64,000 nucleotides of DNA, taken from contig CAWFXA010000002.1 of the NCBI GenBank assembly GCA_963819655.1, positions 608,001 to 672,000 of the forward strand. Direction: 5' to 3'. Under the pieces are notes generated by a model. The model saw only the letters and a program-made list of their open reading frames with translations. It had not been told where the DNA came from and ran no database searches. This document shows, piece by piece, positions 1-9,732 of this stretch. Position 1 is the first letter of the stretch. Each line of letters begins with the position of its first letter. The position numbers and the translations under genes are program-made. This DNA is from an uncultured Chloroflexia bacterium (lineage in GTDB: Bacteria > Chloroflexota > Limnocylindria > Limnocylindrales > CSP1-4).

Positions 1-698
1 CGACGACTGGCGAAGACCAGTGTCAGGCGCTCCGGCGCGCCACCTACGAGTTCGCGCGCGAGGTACCGGACATCTGCCGCATCGTCGACCAGGTGGAAGT
101 CGTCGAATACCAGGGCCGCGCCGCCCACGGCGATCGACGGCAGCTCGCGAATGAAGCTCTCGACCGCTGCTTCGCGTGACGGGCCGCCGCCGCCGGCCAC
201 CTTCGCAAGGAGGTCCGCTGTCGCCGACGCAAAGCCAGGCTCGTGTTCGCGACCTGCGGCGATCAGGTGGTGGAGCAACGTCACCCAGTCGCGATCGTCG
301 GGGTCGAGGCGATACCAGAGAGTCCGCAACCGGCTGCGTCGAGAGAAGTCGGCCAGCAGCGTCGTCTTGCCGTAGCCCGCATCCGCGAGGATCAGGACGA
401 CGCGACCGTGGATCTTGACCCGGAGCCAGTCGAGCAGGCGCGGTCGTTCGAGCGTCTCGTCGCGGAGCGCCGGACGCTGGACCTTCGCGATCTGGATCGG
501 GTAGCCGCCGCCTTCGTCGCTCAGGTGGGCACTCCTGGACGGCTGCGTCAGGGCCGGGCGACCCGAGTCTACAGAGGTCGGCGCGGGCCCCATGACCGAC
601 CTGAGAGACGGGATCGTGCCGGGCCGCGCGAACGATATCGACCCCTCGCGTGGGGTGTCAACGGAGCCGATCGTGGGGCGGTCGGGCATGGGCGCCAT
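1..698 (-). CDS. MalT-like STAND/AAA ATPase transcriptional regulator, N-terminal part (runs off window start)
   Basis: Own minus-strand translation: IAKVQRPALRDETLERPRLLDWL...ILADAGYGKTTLL (Walker A)...WYRLD...LVFDDFHLV (Walker B). Start could be 698, 689 or 593. Not in ORF track. Confidence 0.8.
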   Translation of the reverse strand, partial: MAPMPDRPTIGSVDTPREGSISFARPGTIPSLRSVMGPAPTSVDSGRPALTQPSRSAHLSDEGGGYPIQIAKVQRPALRDETLERPRLLDWLRVKIHGRVVLILADAGYGKTTLLADFSRRSRLRTLWYRLDPDDRDWVTLLHHLIAAGREHEPGFASATADLLAKVAGGGGPSREAAVESFIRELPSIAVGGAALVFDDFHLVDDAADVRYLARELVGGAPERLTLVFASR

Positions 699-736
699 GG
701 TGGCGCCCTGCACTCATCCGGCGATTAGCTGCGGGG

Positions 737-940
737 TCAGCCCTCGTACTCGAAGCCGATCTTGAGCTCGACCCGATACTCGACGATCTCGCTGTCCTCG
801 ACGACAGCGCTCGACTTCACGACCTCGACCGTCTGGATGTTGCGGACCGTCTTCGAGGCCGTCGCCACCGCCTGACGCGCGGCGTCACTCCACGATCGTG
901 GGCTCGTCCCGACCATCTCGCGGATGATGATGACGCCCAC
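737..940 (-). CDS. dodecin family flavin-binding protein
   Basis: 67 aa with EMVGTSPRSWSDAARQAV...ASKTVRNI...EYRVELKIGF dodecin pattern; GGAGG RBS. Confidence 0.9.
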   Translation of the reverse strand: MGVIIIREMVGTSPRSWSDAARQAVATASKTVRNIQTVEVVKSSAVVEDSEIVEYRVELKIGFEYEG

Positions 941-1050
941 GGTGCACCTCCCAGGATGTCGGATCGGTCGGGGTTCGAACGAGGGCCCATCATGCCACGA
1001 GGCCGACCCGTCGCCGGGCTGGCCTCGTGGATCACTGTTCGACGCGGGGA

Positions 1051-1980
1051 CTACCCTTCGTCGTCGGGGAGCAGCGGTCGCAGGGCGACCGTGTACAGCT
1101 TGCTGTCGGTGCCGCGTAGGACGAGTCCGTTGAAGCCGCCCTCGAAGTCGTTGACGTCGAGCAGGGCGATCTCATCGGTCGTCATCGTCTTGTGCGGGAA
1201 CTGCAGACCGTTGGGGTCGGCGTCGGGCTTGAAGTCGGCCACGGTCAGGTCCGTCCACGGCCAGTCGCGGATATCCGGGGCGGCCATGCCGGGGCTGTCG
1301 ATCAGCGTCGCACGGTATGCCTCGGGGGTGTAGGTGTCGGTCGCGACCGACCCACCCTGGTCGAAATCGGCCAGTCGGTCGGCGAGCTTCTTGAACGTCG
1401 TCCGCGCCGCGGCGTCGGGGCTGCTCGGGTCGTCGAAGCCCAAGGCGTAGATCGAGACGGTCTTCTTGATCCCCCCAGCATCGACCGTGAAGATCGTCGT
1501 CCCGACGTCGGTGACCATGGGGTTGTCGTAGTTCGGGCGCGCCGCGGCGAGCCCCCCCTCGCCGAGGGCGAGCACGAGAAGCTCCTGGATCTGCTCCTCG
1601 CTGAGCTTGGCGGTCCGCATCGGATTGAGGGTCATCACGGATCCCTGCGGGGCCGGACCCTCGAGCATCCCGTTGCGGAAGATGACGGTCCCGTCGCCGT
1701 ACAGCGTGAAGGGCGGCGCCTGCGACGCGGAGTAGCCGGCGATCATGAACCCGCCACCCTCGTCGTAGCGGAGGAGGACGTCGGTCGCACCTGTTTTGTG
1801 TTCGACCGCGCCGGCGACGGGCGTCCCGCTCGGCGCGTTGCTCGGTGCGGCGGAAGGGCCGCTGCTCGGCGGCGTCGACGGTGCCGGTGACTGGGCCGCA
1901 CCGGAACTGCAGGCGAGCAGCGTGAGGGCGAGGACGGGTGTCAGGGCAAGGGGCGCCAGACGGCGCGGATGGTGTGACAT
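1051..1980 (-). CDS. putative lipoprotein
   Basis: Lipobox LLAC followed by a Pro/Ser linker and a globular domain. Confidence 0.7.
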   Translation of the reverse strand: MSHHPRRLAPLALTPVLALTLLACSSGAAQSPAPSTPPSSGPSAAPSNAPSGTPVAGAVEHKTGATDVLLRYDEGGGFMIAGYSASQAPPFTLYGDGTVIFRNGMLEGPAPQGSVMTLNPMRTAKLSEEQIQELLVLALGEGGLAAARPNYDNPMVTDVGTTIFTVDAGGIKKTVSIYALGFDDPSSPDAAARTTFKKLADRLADFDQGGSVATDTYTPEAYRATLIDSPGMAAPDIRDWPWTDLTVADFKPDADPNGLQFPHKTMTTDEIALLDVNDFEGGFNGLVLRGTDSKLYTVALRPLLPDDEG

Positions 1981-2259
1981 GGCCGACGGACGTTCCGACC
2001 GCCGGGGAGGTTCCGTCCTGACGATCTCGGCGTCGGTCGGGTACCAGCCGACGGAACGCGCATCTCGCGCGGGTCGGGAATCGCGAAATCCGTATCCAAC
2101 CCCTTGACGGCGAGCGTATCTTCTCGGCTATGACCCGGGCTCCGCCCGGACCACACCGGGCGCGCGCCCCCCAGATGCCCAGCGCTCTCGGTTCAAGGGG
2201 TCCGGGTGCCTGCGCGCCCGGGCACCGTCACGGCGTCCGAGCGTGGAGGGTGTTGGAGG

Positions 2260-2565
2260 GTGTACCAGGACCGTAGCTTGACCTGTCGCGATTGCGCCGA
2301 GGAATTCGTCTTCTCGGCGGGCGAGCAGGCCTTCTATGCCAGCAAGAGTCTGGTCAACGATCCGCAGCGCTGCCCGTCGTGTCGCGCCGCGGCCAAGCGG
2401 GCCCGCAACAACGATGGGCCGCGCGAGTTCCATGCGGCGGTGTGTGGGGCCTGCGGGGGTCAGGCCGTCGTGCCGTTCGCGCCACGGAACGATCGGCCGG
2501 TGTACTGCAGCTCGTGCTTCGACAAGGTTCGCGCGGGCACGTTGGACACGCCTGCGCACGTCTGA
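2260..2565 (+). CDS. zinc-ribbon / CxxC-x17-CxxC domain protein
   Basis: YQDRSLTCRDC-EEFVFSAGEQAFY...PQRCPSC and CGACG...VPFAP...RPVYCSSCF; GTG start after GGAGG. Confidence 0.9.
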   Translation: MYQDRSLTCRDCAEEFVFSAGEQAFYASKSLVNDPQRCPSCRAAAKRARNNDGPREFHAAVCGACGGQAVVPFAPRNDRPVYCSSCFDKVRAGTLDTPAHV

Positions 2566-2583
2566 CGCACATCTGAGCGCGCC

Positions 2584-3426
2584 ATGGCCGACCCACTCGT
2601 GACCACGGGAGCGCCGCCGGCGACCTTCGACGCGCAACCGGCAGTCTCGCCTGCTGGCCAGATCCTTCGCGATGTCGCCCGGGGCGGGATCGCTGGTGTC
2701 ATCGTGGGGATCTTCGTCGCGGGCCTCGGCGGTCGGCTGGTCATGCGGCTGGCGACGATCCTCCACGAGGACACCGTCGGTCTGAGGACCGAGAACGGCG
2801 AGGTGATCGGGAACATCAGCTTCAGCGGGACGATGGCGCTGATCACGTTCAGCGGCCTTGGCATGGGCCTTGTCGCCGGAACGATCTGGGTGATCGTCAA
2901 CCCGTGGATCCCGGGCCGGGGGCTGGCCCGCGCTATCTTGACGGCGATCGCTGCGATAGCCCTCGGAATACCGCCTCTCGTCCAGCGGACGAACCCGGAC
3001 TTCGCCCTTCTCGGCTACGACCCGATCGTGGTCGTGCTTTTGATCGGGCTGGTCGGCCTCGTCGGGTTCACGATAGCGCTCGTGGACGGCGCCCTTGACG
3101 CCCGTCTGCCGCCCCCGCGCCCGGGGATCAGGATCTCGACGACGGTCTATCTGATCGTCACGCTGCTGGGCCTGGTCCTGATCCTCCCCCTCGTTGTGTC
3201 GGTCCTGCTGCAACAGTCCGACTACCGCGCTCCGATCCGCGCCGGTTGGGCGCTGGCGGTCGTTGGTATATGCACCTTGATCTGGTGGATCGTTCGCGCC
3301 AGGGGTCGATCGGCACCGCCGAACCCACTGCGTGTGGCCGCATCGGTGTCGCTGCTGGTCGCAGTCGTTCTCGGACTGGTCACGAGCCTGCCGCACATCA
3401 TGGGTGCGATCGGGCTGCCCCGATAA
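2584..3426 (+). CDS. integral membrane protein
   Basis: About 7 hydrophobic segments. Confidence 0.7.
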   Translation: MADPLVTTGAPPATFDAQPAVSPAGQILRDVARGGIAGVIVGIFVAGLGGRLVMRLATILHEDTVGLRTENGEVIGNISFSGTMALITFSGLGMGLVAGTIWVIVNPWIPGRGLARAILTAIAAIALGIPPLVQRTNPDFALLGYDPIVVVLLIGLVGLVGFTIALVDGALDARLPPPRPGIRISTTVYLIVTLLGLVLILPLVVSVLLQQSDYRAPIRAGWALAVVGICTLIWWIVRARGRSAPPNPLRVAASVSLLVAVVLGLVTSLPHIMGAIGLPR

Positions 3427-3442
3427 GCGCTCGGCGCGGGTC

Positions 3443-3892
3443 TCAGATCCGCGTGTAGGTGAGGTGGAAGTCGAGCTTCCAGGCGGACCCATCGTCCGAC
3501 GTCTCCCAGCGGCCCTGGATCGTGTTCCCGTCCTCACTGAACTCGCCGATCCAGCGCTGCCAGAAGTCCGACCGCGGCCCGCTCGGCTCCCGTGTGAGCG
3601 TCCACGAGTGGCCGTCCAGGCTCATGGTGTAGATGCGCGACACGCCCCGCAAATCGAAGTAGTGCATGACGTACCCCTCGCCGTCGTCGGCGGGCCCGAT
3701 GACGGCGAGGGTGTTGGGAAACTCCTCCCGCTCGGTGGTCGAACGCTGGACCAGGAACCCGCCTCCGACGAGCCACTCGAAGCCGGTCCATCCGGATATC
3801 TCCATCGGCTCGTCGAGGGTCATCGTTCCCGCGACATTCCACTCGCCGACGAATGAATCCAGATCCCTGAGCGCATCACGCGCGTCGGGCAT
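3443..3892 (-). CDS. DUF1579-like beta-barrel protein
   Basis: LDSFVGEW...FEWLVGGGFLVQR...MHYFDLRGVSRIY...WKLDFHLTYTR. Confidence 0.7.
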   Translation of the reverse strand: MPDARDALRDLDSFVGEWNVAGTMTLDEPMEISGWTGFEWLVGGGFLVQRSTTEREEFPNTLAVIGPADDGEGYVMHYFDLRGVSRIYTMSLDGHSWTLTREPSGPRSDFWQRWIGEFSEDGNTIQGRWETSDDGSAWKLDFHLTYTRI

Positions 3893-3934
3893 CGTTCCTC
3901 TTCTACGGTTGTCAAGGGACCGCCGTTGGGATCC

Positions 3935-4195
3935 TCAGACCGCGCGACGCCGCCCGCTGATCCCCCGATAGACCGCCACGACGATGACTGCGCCGACCAC
4001 GGAAACCACGATGCTTTCGATATTGATACCCGTCACGTTGGCGAGGTTGAGAACGGTGCCTGCCAGGTATCCACCGACGACTGCTCCGACGATGCCCAGC
4101 ACGACGGTCCCGATCACGCCCTCCCGGCCGCCCATGATCATGTTCGTGATGAACCCGGCGATCGCACCGAGCACGATCCACGCGATGATGCCCAC
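3935..4195 (-). CDS. GlsB/YeaQ/YmgE transglycosylase-associated stress membrane protein
   Basis: GIIAWIVLGAIAG...LGIVGAVVGG signature; AGGAGG RBS. Confidence 0.9.
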   Translation of the reverse strand: MGIIAWIVLGAIAGFITNMIMGGREGVIGTVVLGIVGAVVGGYLAGTVLNLANVTGINIESIVVSVVGAVIVVAVYRGISGRRRAV

Positions 4196-4312
4196 CGCTA
4201 CCTCCTAGCGACAGATCGGCGCCACGGTCGAATGACCACGGCATTGGGCCGCCTGATCCGTCTCGGGGCGATGGTACCCCGCCCGCACCTTCGCTCAAGA
4301 TGCCTTGTCCTC

Positions 4313-5665
4313 CTAGTTCACCTCCGCGAACCGTTCGCCGGCGTAGGAGACGAACCGGGTCTGGCGCTTCTTGAACCAGAGCTGGACCTCGCCGGTCGGG
4401 CCGTTGCGGTGCTTCGCCAGCTTCAGGTTGACGACCTCCCCCTCGGTGTCCTGATCCTCCGTGCCGCCGCGCTCCTTGTCCCGCCACAGGAAGAGGACGA
4501 GGTCGGCGTCCTGCTCGATCGCGCCCGACTCGCGGAGGTCGGACAGCCTCGGCTCCTTCGACTCGCGCATCTCGGGCTGACGTGACAGCTGCGACAGCGC
4601 GATGACCGGCACCGACAGCTCGCGCGCGAGGGCCTTCAGGCCTCGCGAGATCTCGGACACTTCTTGGACGCGGTTGGCGTCGCGGTTCGTGGTGGTCGCC
4701 TGCATCAGCTGGAGGTAGTCGACGACCACGAGGTCGAGGCCGCTCTCGGCCTGGAGCCGGCGCGCCTTCGTCCGCAGCTCCATCGCCGAGATGTTCGGCG
4801 TGTCGTCGATATACATCGGCGCCTCGGAGAGCGAGTTCATCGCCGGGGCGATCCGCGCGAAGTCGAGCTCCTCGAGAAAGCCCGAGCGGAGACGCTGGGA
4901 GTCGATGTTGGCGACGCTCGACAACAGCCGCAGGACCAGCTGCTCTTTGCTCATCTCGAGGCTGAACACGCCGACGCTCTTGCGCTCCTTCACGGCCGCG
5001 TGCTCGGCGATGTTGAGCGCGAAGCTCGTCTTGCCGACCGACGGCCTGGCGGCGACGACGATCAGGTCGCTCGGCTGGAGCCCGGTCGTCAGGGCATCGA
5101 GGTCGGTGAAGCCGGTCCGGACGCCGGAGATCTCACCGCGGTGGGCGTGCAGGTAGTCGAGTCGATCGTAGGCGTCGTGGAGGAGCGCTTTGAGCGGGCT
5201 GAACCCGGCATCGATGCGCTTCTGGCTGACGGCGAACAGCTCTGCCTCGGCCCGATCGATCGCCTCCTGGATCTCGGCCGGGTCCTCGTAGCCGATGCCG
5301 GCGATGCGCCCGGCCGCCCCGATCAGGTTCCGAAGGACGGCCTTGCGCTCGACGATGCGCGCGTACTGAGCGGCGTGGACAGCGGTCGGCGTCTCGTTGC
5401 TGAGGCTCGACAGATACGCTCGGCCGCCGATCGCCTCGAGGTCCTCGCGCCGCTCGAGCGCCTCGGCCACCGTGACGATGTCGATCGGCTCGCGCCGCTC
5501 GAAGAGGTCGAGGATCGCCGCGTAGATCCGCCCGTTTGCCTGGCGGTAGAAGTCCTCCGGACGGAGGAACTCGGCCACCTCCACGACGGCATCGCGGTCG
5601 ATGAGGATGGCGCCGAGCACGGACTGCTCGGCTTCGAGACTTTGCGGCGGCAGGCGGTCGATCAT
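4313..5665 (-). CDS. dnaB: replicative DNA helicase
   Basis: PPQSLEAEQSVLG, AARPSVGKTS, VVDYLQL, LSQLSR, SDLRESGAIEQDAD. Confidence 0.98.
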   Translation of the reverse strand: MIDRLPPQSLEAEQSVLGAILIDRDAVVEVAEFLRPEDFYRQANGRIYAAILDLFERREPIDIVTVAEALERREDLEAIGGRAYLSSLSNETPTAVHAAQYARIVERKAVLRNLIGAAGRIAGIGYEDPAEIQEAIDRAEAELFAVSQKRIDAGFSPLKALLHDAYDRLDYLHAHRGEISGVRTGFTDLDALTTGLQPSDLIVVAARPSVGKTSFALNIAEHAAVKERKSVGVFSLEMSKEQLVLRLLSSVANIDSQRLRSGFLEELDFARIAPAMNSLSEAPMYIDDTPNISAMELRTKARRLQAESGLDLVVVDYLQLMQATTTNRDANRVQEVSEISRGLKALARELSVPVIALSQLSRQPEMRESKEPRLSDLRESGAIEQDADLVLFLWRDKERGGTEDQDTEGEVVNLKLAKHRNGPTGEVQLWFKKRQTRFVSYAGERFAEVN

Positions 5666-5733
5666 CGGTCCCCGTGATGAATGCGAAACGAAGACCCCAC
5701 TGTCGCGGAGCGACACATCAATCGGCTAGGGCC

Positions 5734-5800
5734 TTATCCCCGAACCCCGTCCACCACTTGCGTCCCGCCGGTTAGTGGAGTGTGGGAAACATGTGGACAG
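5734..5800. promoter_or_regulatory. cluster of DnaA-box-like 9-mers upstream of dnaB
   Basis: TTATCCCCG 5734-5742; TGTGGGAAA 5781-5789; TGTGGACAG 5792-5800. Confidence 0.5.
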
Positions 5801-5959
5801 CCCCTCGAACCGAGAATCGGCGCCGGGCGAAAAGAGAATCGGGTCGTTGGGCGTCCGAGGCCAAGGCGACGATCGAGCACCGGATCGAGCGCACCATAGT
5901 GCGTGAGCGAGGCGCGGAGGTCGTCAACGCCGGCAGTCGGGCGTCCAGCGACCCGCCCG

Positions 5960-6610
5960 CTAATCGAGCTTTCTAATGACCCCGATCAATTTGCCTTGAA
6001 TTCGGACGTCGTCGTAGAACTGGGCGGGATACTCCGGGTTTGCCGGCTGGAGCCGGATCTTGTCCTTCTCCTTGAAGAAGCGCTTGAGGGTGACCGCGTT
6101 CTCCTCGACCTGGGCGACGACGATGTCGCCGTTGCGGGCGGTCGACTGTGGCCGGATGAGCACGAAGTCCCCATCGGCGATATGGGCCTCGATCATCGAG
6201 TCGCCACGGACGCGAAGGACGTAGGCGTCTCCGCTCGGGGCGAGCATGTCCGGGACCGCGAGGGTCTCCGAGGCGTCCTGATATGCCTCGATCGGGCCGC
6301 CGGCCGCGATCTCGCCGATGATCGGGACGACGCGCGAATCCGCGGTGGTCGCCTGCGGGACGAGCTCGCTCGAGAGGCCTAATCGGATGGCGGCCGTGGG
6401 CGTCAGCCGGATGGCCCGACTCTGCCCTTCGACGCGCTCGAGATAGCCGTCCCGAGCAAGCATCTGGAGGTGGTGGTGGACCGCCGAGGTCGAGGCAAGG
6501 CCGACCGCCTGCATGATCTCGCGGACCGAGGGCGGATACCCCCGCGCGCGCAGCGTGGCGGCGATGAAATCGAGGATCCTGACCTTGCGTTCGGCGTCGT
6601 GCTTCGTCAC
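5960..6610 (-). CDS. lexA: SOS repressor LexA
   Basis: GYPPSVREI HTH, IAAG cleavage site, GDSM serine, TLKRF lysine; AAGGAGG before GTG 6610. Confidence 0.97.
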   Translation of the reverse strand: MTKHDAERKVRILDFIAATLRARGYPPSVREIMQAVGLASTSAVHHHLQMLARDGYLERVEGQSRAIRLTPTAAIRLGLSSELVPQATTADSRVVPIIGEIAAGGPIEAYQDASETLAVPDMLAPSGDAYVLRVRGDSMIEAHIADGDFVLIRPQSTARNGDIVVAQVEENAVTLKRFFKEKDKIRLQPANPEYPAQFYDDVRIQGKLIGVIRKLD

Positions 6611-6629
6611 TCGCGCCTCCTTGTGAGCC

Positions 6630-6657
6630 ATCATACCGAACGAACGTTCGATGTCAA
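6630..6657 (-). promoter_or_regulatory. lexA sigma70 promoter with SOS box between -35 and -10
   Basis: Minus strand TTGACA-16nt-TATGAT; CGAAC-N4-GTTCG at 6637-6650. Confidence 0.88.
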
Positions 6658-6728
6658 GGTCGCGGTCGGCGGGCGGGCCCCGGATCGCTGGTAGACTCCC
6701 GTCCCGAACCGAGGAGGGCACGTCGAGC

Positions 6729-7226
6729 ATGGCCAGCAAGAGCCGCACAGGACGAGCGTCCGTGGGTCGTCTCGTGTCGCTCCTCGCCTTCCTGCCCGTC
6801 GCCAGCCGCGTGCCCGACTACGCCCGGCTCATCGGTGCCCTCGTGATCGATGAGCGCATGCCGGCCGACCGCAAGGTCCTGCTCGGCGCGGCGGCCGGAT
6901 ACCTCGTCATCGGGCGCGACCTCATCCCGGACACGGTCCCGCTCATCGGCGGCCTCGACGACCTCGTCGTCGTGGTCCTCGCGGTCGACCTGTTCCTCGA
7001 CGGCGTGCCGCCCGAGCTGCTCCAGGAGAAGCTCGACGATCTGGCCATCGATCGCGCGTCCTTCGACCGCGACGTCGCCCAGATCCGGCGCTTGACGCCC
7101 GGCCCGGTCCGTCGGACCATCCGCCGCATCCCCGGCCTCGTGACGGCCGCCGGACGCGCCATCGAACGATCGGGCGTGCTGCCTCGTGCGCGCGCCTGGA
7201 TCAACAAGGAGGGTTCCAGCACTTGA
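6729..7226 (+). CDS. YkvA/DUF1232 family membrane protein
   Basis: YLVIGRDLIPDTVPLIGGLDD motif; GAGGAG RBS. Confidence 0.85.
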   Translation: MASKSRTGRASVGRLVSLLAFLPVASRVPDYARLIGALVIDERMPADRKVLLGAAAGYLVIGRDLIPDTVPLIGGLDDLVVVVLAVDLFLDGVPPELLQEKLDDLAIDRASFDRDVAQIRRLTPGPVRRTIRRIPGLVTAAGRAIERSGVLPRARAWINKEGSST

Positions 7227-7669
7227 AGGTCATCCTGACGACGGACGTCCCGACACTCGGCAAGAGCGGCGAGCTCAAGCAGGTCGCCGACGGGTATGCC
7301 ACGAACTTCCTGATCCCGCAGTCGCTCGCTGTGCCCGCGGCCGGCGGCGCCTATCGCGCGTGGCAGCACGACATCGCGAGCCGCGAGGACAAGCGCAAGC
7401 GCGAGCGCGAGGAGGCCGACATCGCCGCCACCCGCATCGCGTCGACGACCCTCACGATGGGCGTCAAGGTCGGCGAGGGCGGCAAGCTCTACGGATCGAT
7501 CACCTCGAAGGACATCGCCGACGCACTGGCACGGCGCGGCATCGACATCGACCGCCACAAGATCGACCTCGAGGAGCCGCTCAAGTCCCTCGGCACGTAC
7601 AAGGTCGCGATCAAGGTCCACGCGGGCATGACGCCCGAGGTCACGATCATCGTCGAGCCGAAGGGCTAG
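7223..7669 (+). CDS. rplI: 50S ribosomal protein L9
   Basis: MKVIL..DV..LGKSGE...VADGYATNFLIP; GKLYGSITSKDI. Confidence 0.98.
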   Translation: MKVILTTDVPTLGKSGELKQVADGYATNFLIPQSLAVPAAGGAYRAWQHDIASREDKRKREREEADIAATRIASTTLTMGVKVGEGGKLYGSITSKDIADALARRGIDIDRHKIDLEEPLKSLGTYKVAIKVHAGMTPEVTIIVEPKG

Positions 7670-9711
7670 CGCGGGCCGCTCGCAGCCGAGCCGGCGAGGC
7701 GCCAGACACTGACGCCGTCGGCCGCATAGACCGTCTCGAACAGCGGGCTCGACGCGAAGTCGGTCGGCTCGCCGGGGCAGTCGAGCACGCCCCCGGACGA
7801 CAGCACGTACGTCGCGTCGTAGCGCGCCATGCGCTCAGCCGCGACCTCCGGTCCGTCGCAATAGATCGCCTCGATGTCGGCTGCGCGTGGCTCGGGGTCG
7901 TAGCCCAGGTTCGAGACGTACGGTCCGAAGGTCGTGATCCGCAGGCGCCCGCCGAGGTCGACCGGGTTGTTGATGAAGTCGTCGGTTGCGAAGATCGCGC
8001 GCGGCGGGGTGTTCTGTTCGATCCAGCGGCCGGCCGCGGCCTGAGCCTGACTCATCACCACCGCCGGATGGGTGGCGTGGTGGATGGCGATGAGCGCCGG
8101 TGAGATCGCGCAAGCCGCGATGACCGCCGCGACCAAAGGTCGTGGCCATCGGTCGATCAGCCAGGCGGCTGCGATCGCGACTGCGATCCACATGATCTGG
8201 AAGTACTTGTTCATGTCGAAGACGACCGCGCTGACCACGACGAGATTGGGGATGAGGAACAGTGCCAGCGTCCAGCTGGCGAGGAACCCGCGCGAAGGCA
8301 ACGCGTCGCGTCCGCGAGACCAGATGAAGGCCACGATCGCCAGGACGACCGGGATGCCGAGGTTGGTCAGGTAGAAGAACGCGACAGCTCCCGGGCCGTC
8401 GACGATGCGCGCCTCGCCCCAGCCCTGGACGATCCGGAACGAGCCCTCGGCGCTTTGGCGCAGAGCGGCCGGGAGCACGTAGGGAAGTGCCAGCACGACC
8501 GGCCCGAGGAAAAGTGCCGTATCCCTGAGGATTGTCCTCTCGCGCCAGCGACCGGTCGTCAGAACGAACAGTCCGGCTATCAGGTAGGTCGCGGGGAACG
8601 CGTAGAAATGGAACGGTGCCAGCAATGCCGCCAGGAGTCCGGCCACCAGCACGCCGGCGGGCCGCCGTCCCCAGCAGGTGACGACGAGCAGGATGACCGC
8701 GACCAGCCCCGGCAGGCCGAACGTGGTTGCGCGGTGCGGCAGGAACCCGGTCCCGAACACCGACGCGATCCGAAAGAACGGCCAGCTGTCGGCCCACGAG
8801 TTGTCGTAGGGACGCTCGACGACGAGCGCGCTGATCGACGGTGCCCCGGCGAGGACGTCGCCGATGAGGCGCAGCCAGCCCATGCCGCCGCCGGCACAGA
8901 CCAGCAGCGTCGCGATCGTGGCCACGCTCCGCCGGCCCGTGAGGCGCTCGGCAAGCCCCCACACGACGAGGGCGAGGACGCCGGCCATGAGCGCACTCGA
9001 CACGAAGAACACCGGGATGATCGGCAGATCCGCCGCCACTGCGGCGATCGCGCCGTGGAAGTCGGCGAACCAGTGGTAGCTCAGCGGCTCGCCGGCGAAA
9101 TACGGCACGACAGGCGGGAAGTTGCCGTGCACGATGCTGTTGCCGATCGCGACATGGACCAGCAGGTCGCTCCAGTTCCAGCCACCGGACACGAAGCCGT
9201 CCTTCGTCTCGCGCCAGCCATTCACCCCGAGGATCAGCAGGACGACGAGAGCGACCCCCGCCGCGATGATCCAGGCGGGCGCGTCGGCCCTCAGCGCCCG
9301 ACCGATGCTCCGCGGGAGCGCGGCGAGCGGTGGCAGTGTCACGGGCGTCAGCGATGGCTCCCGCATCCGGGCGATGACCACCGTCGCCATCGCGAGCAGG
9401 GCCACGGCGACCAGGACGGCGACCCGCCCGAAACCATCGAGGTCGGCGACGAACCTGACCGTGTGCGCCGACAGGTACACACTCGTGACGACGGCCACGC
9501 CGGCGGCGCCGGGTGGCGGGAGATCCGGGGCGACGCGCCGGACGATGACCCAGCCCGGGACGGCGAACAGCCACGGCCACACGGCCACGACCGCGAGGGC
9601 CGGCACGAACCACGCCAGGAGAAGCGAGCCGGCGAGCCCGAGGAGGATGACGGTGACGGTCGTCGGCGGCAGGGGATCGACCCCGAACCGGTCGTCGGCG
9701 GGAGGCTGCAC
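7666..9711 (-). CDS. multi-pass membrane protein, probable GT-C-fold glycosyltransferase
   Basis: About 13 TM segments with first loop NWSDLLVH...GNFPPVVPYFAGEPLSYHWF and a soluble C-terminal domain. ORF-track extension to 10479 is the dinB shadow. Confidence 0.6.
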   Translation of the reverse strand: MQPPADDRFGVDPLPPTTVTVILLGLAGSLLLAWFVPALAVVAVWPWLFAVPGWVIVRRVAPDLPPPGAAGVAVVTSVYLSAHTVRFVADLDGFGRVAVLVAVALLAMATVVIARMREPSLTPVTLPPLAALPRSIGRALRADAPAWIIAAGVALVVLLILGVNGWRETKDGFVSGGWNWSDLLVHVAIGNSIVHGNFPPVVPYFAGEPLSYHWFADFHGAIAAVAADLPIIPVFFVSSALMAGVLALVVWGLAERLTGRRSVATIATLLVCAGGGMGWLRLIGDVLAGAPSISALVVERPYDNSWADSWPFFRIASVFGTGFLPHRATTFGLPGLVAVILLVVTCWGRRPAGVLVAGLLAALLAPFHFYAFPATYLIAGLFVLTTGRWRERTILRDTALFLGPVVLALPYVLPAALRQSAEGSFRIVQGWGEARIVDGPGAVAFFYLTNLGIPVVLAIVAFIWSRGRDALPSRGFLASWTLALFLIPNLVVVSAVVFDMNKYFQIMWIAVAIAAAWLIDRWPRPLVAAVIAACAISPALIAIHHATHPAVVMSQAQAAAGRWIEQNTPPRAIFATDDFINNPVDLGGRLRITTFGPYVSNLGYDPEPRAADIEAIYCDGPEVAAERMARYDATYVLSSGGVLDCPGEPTDFASSPLFETVYAADGVSVWRLAGSAASGPR

Positions 9712-9732
9712 TGAGGGCGGATGATACCGACC

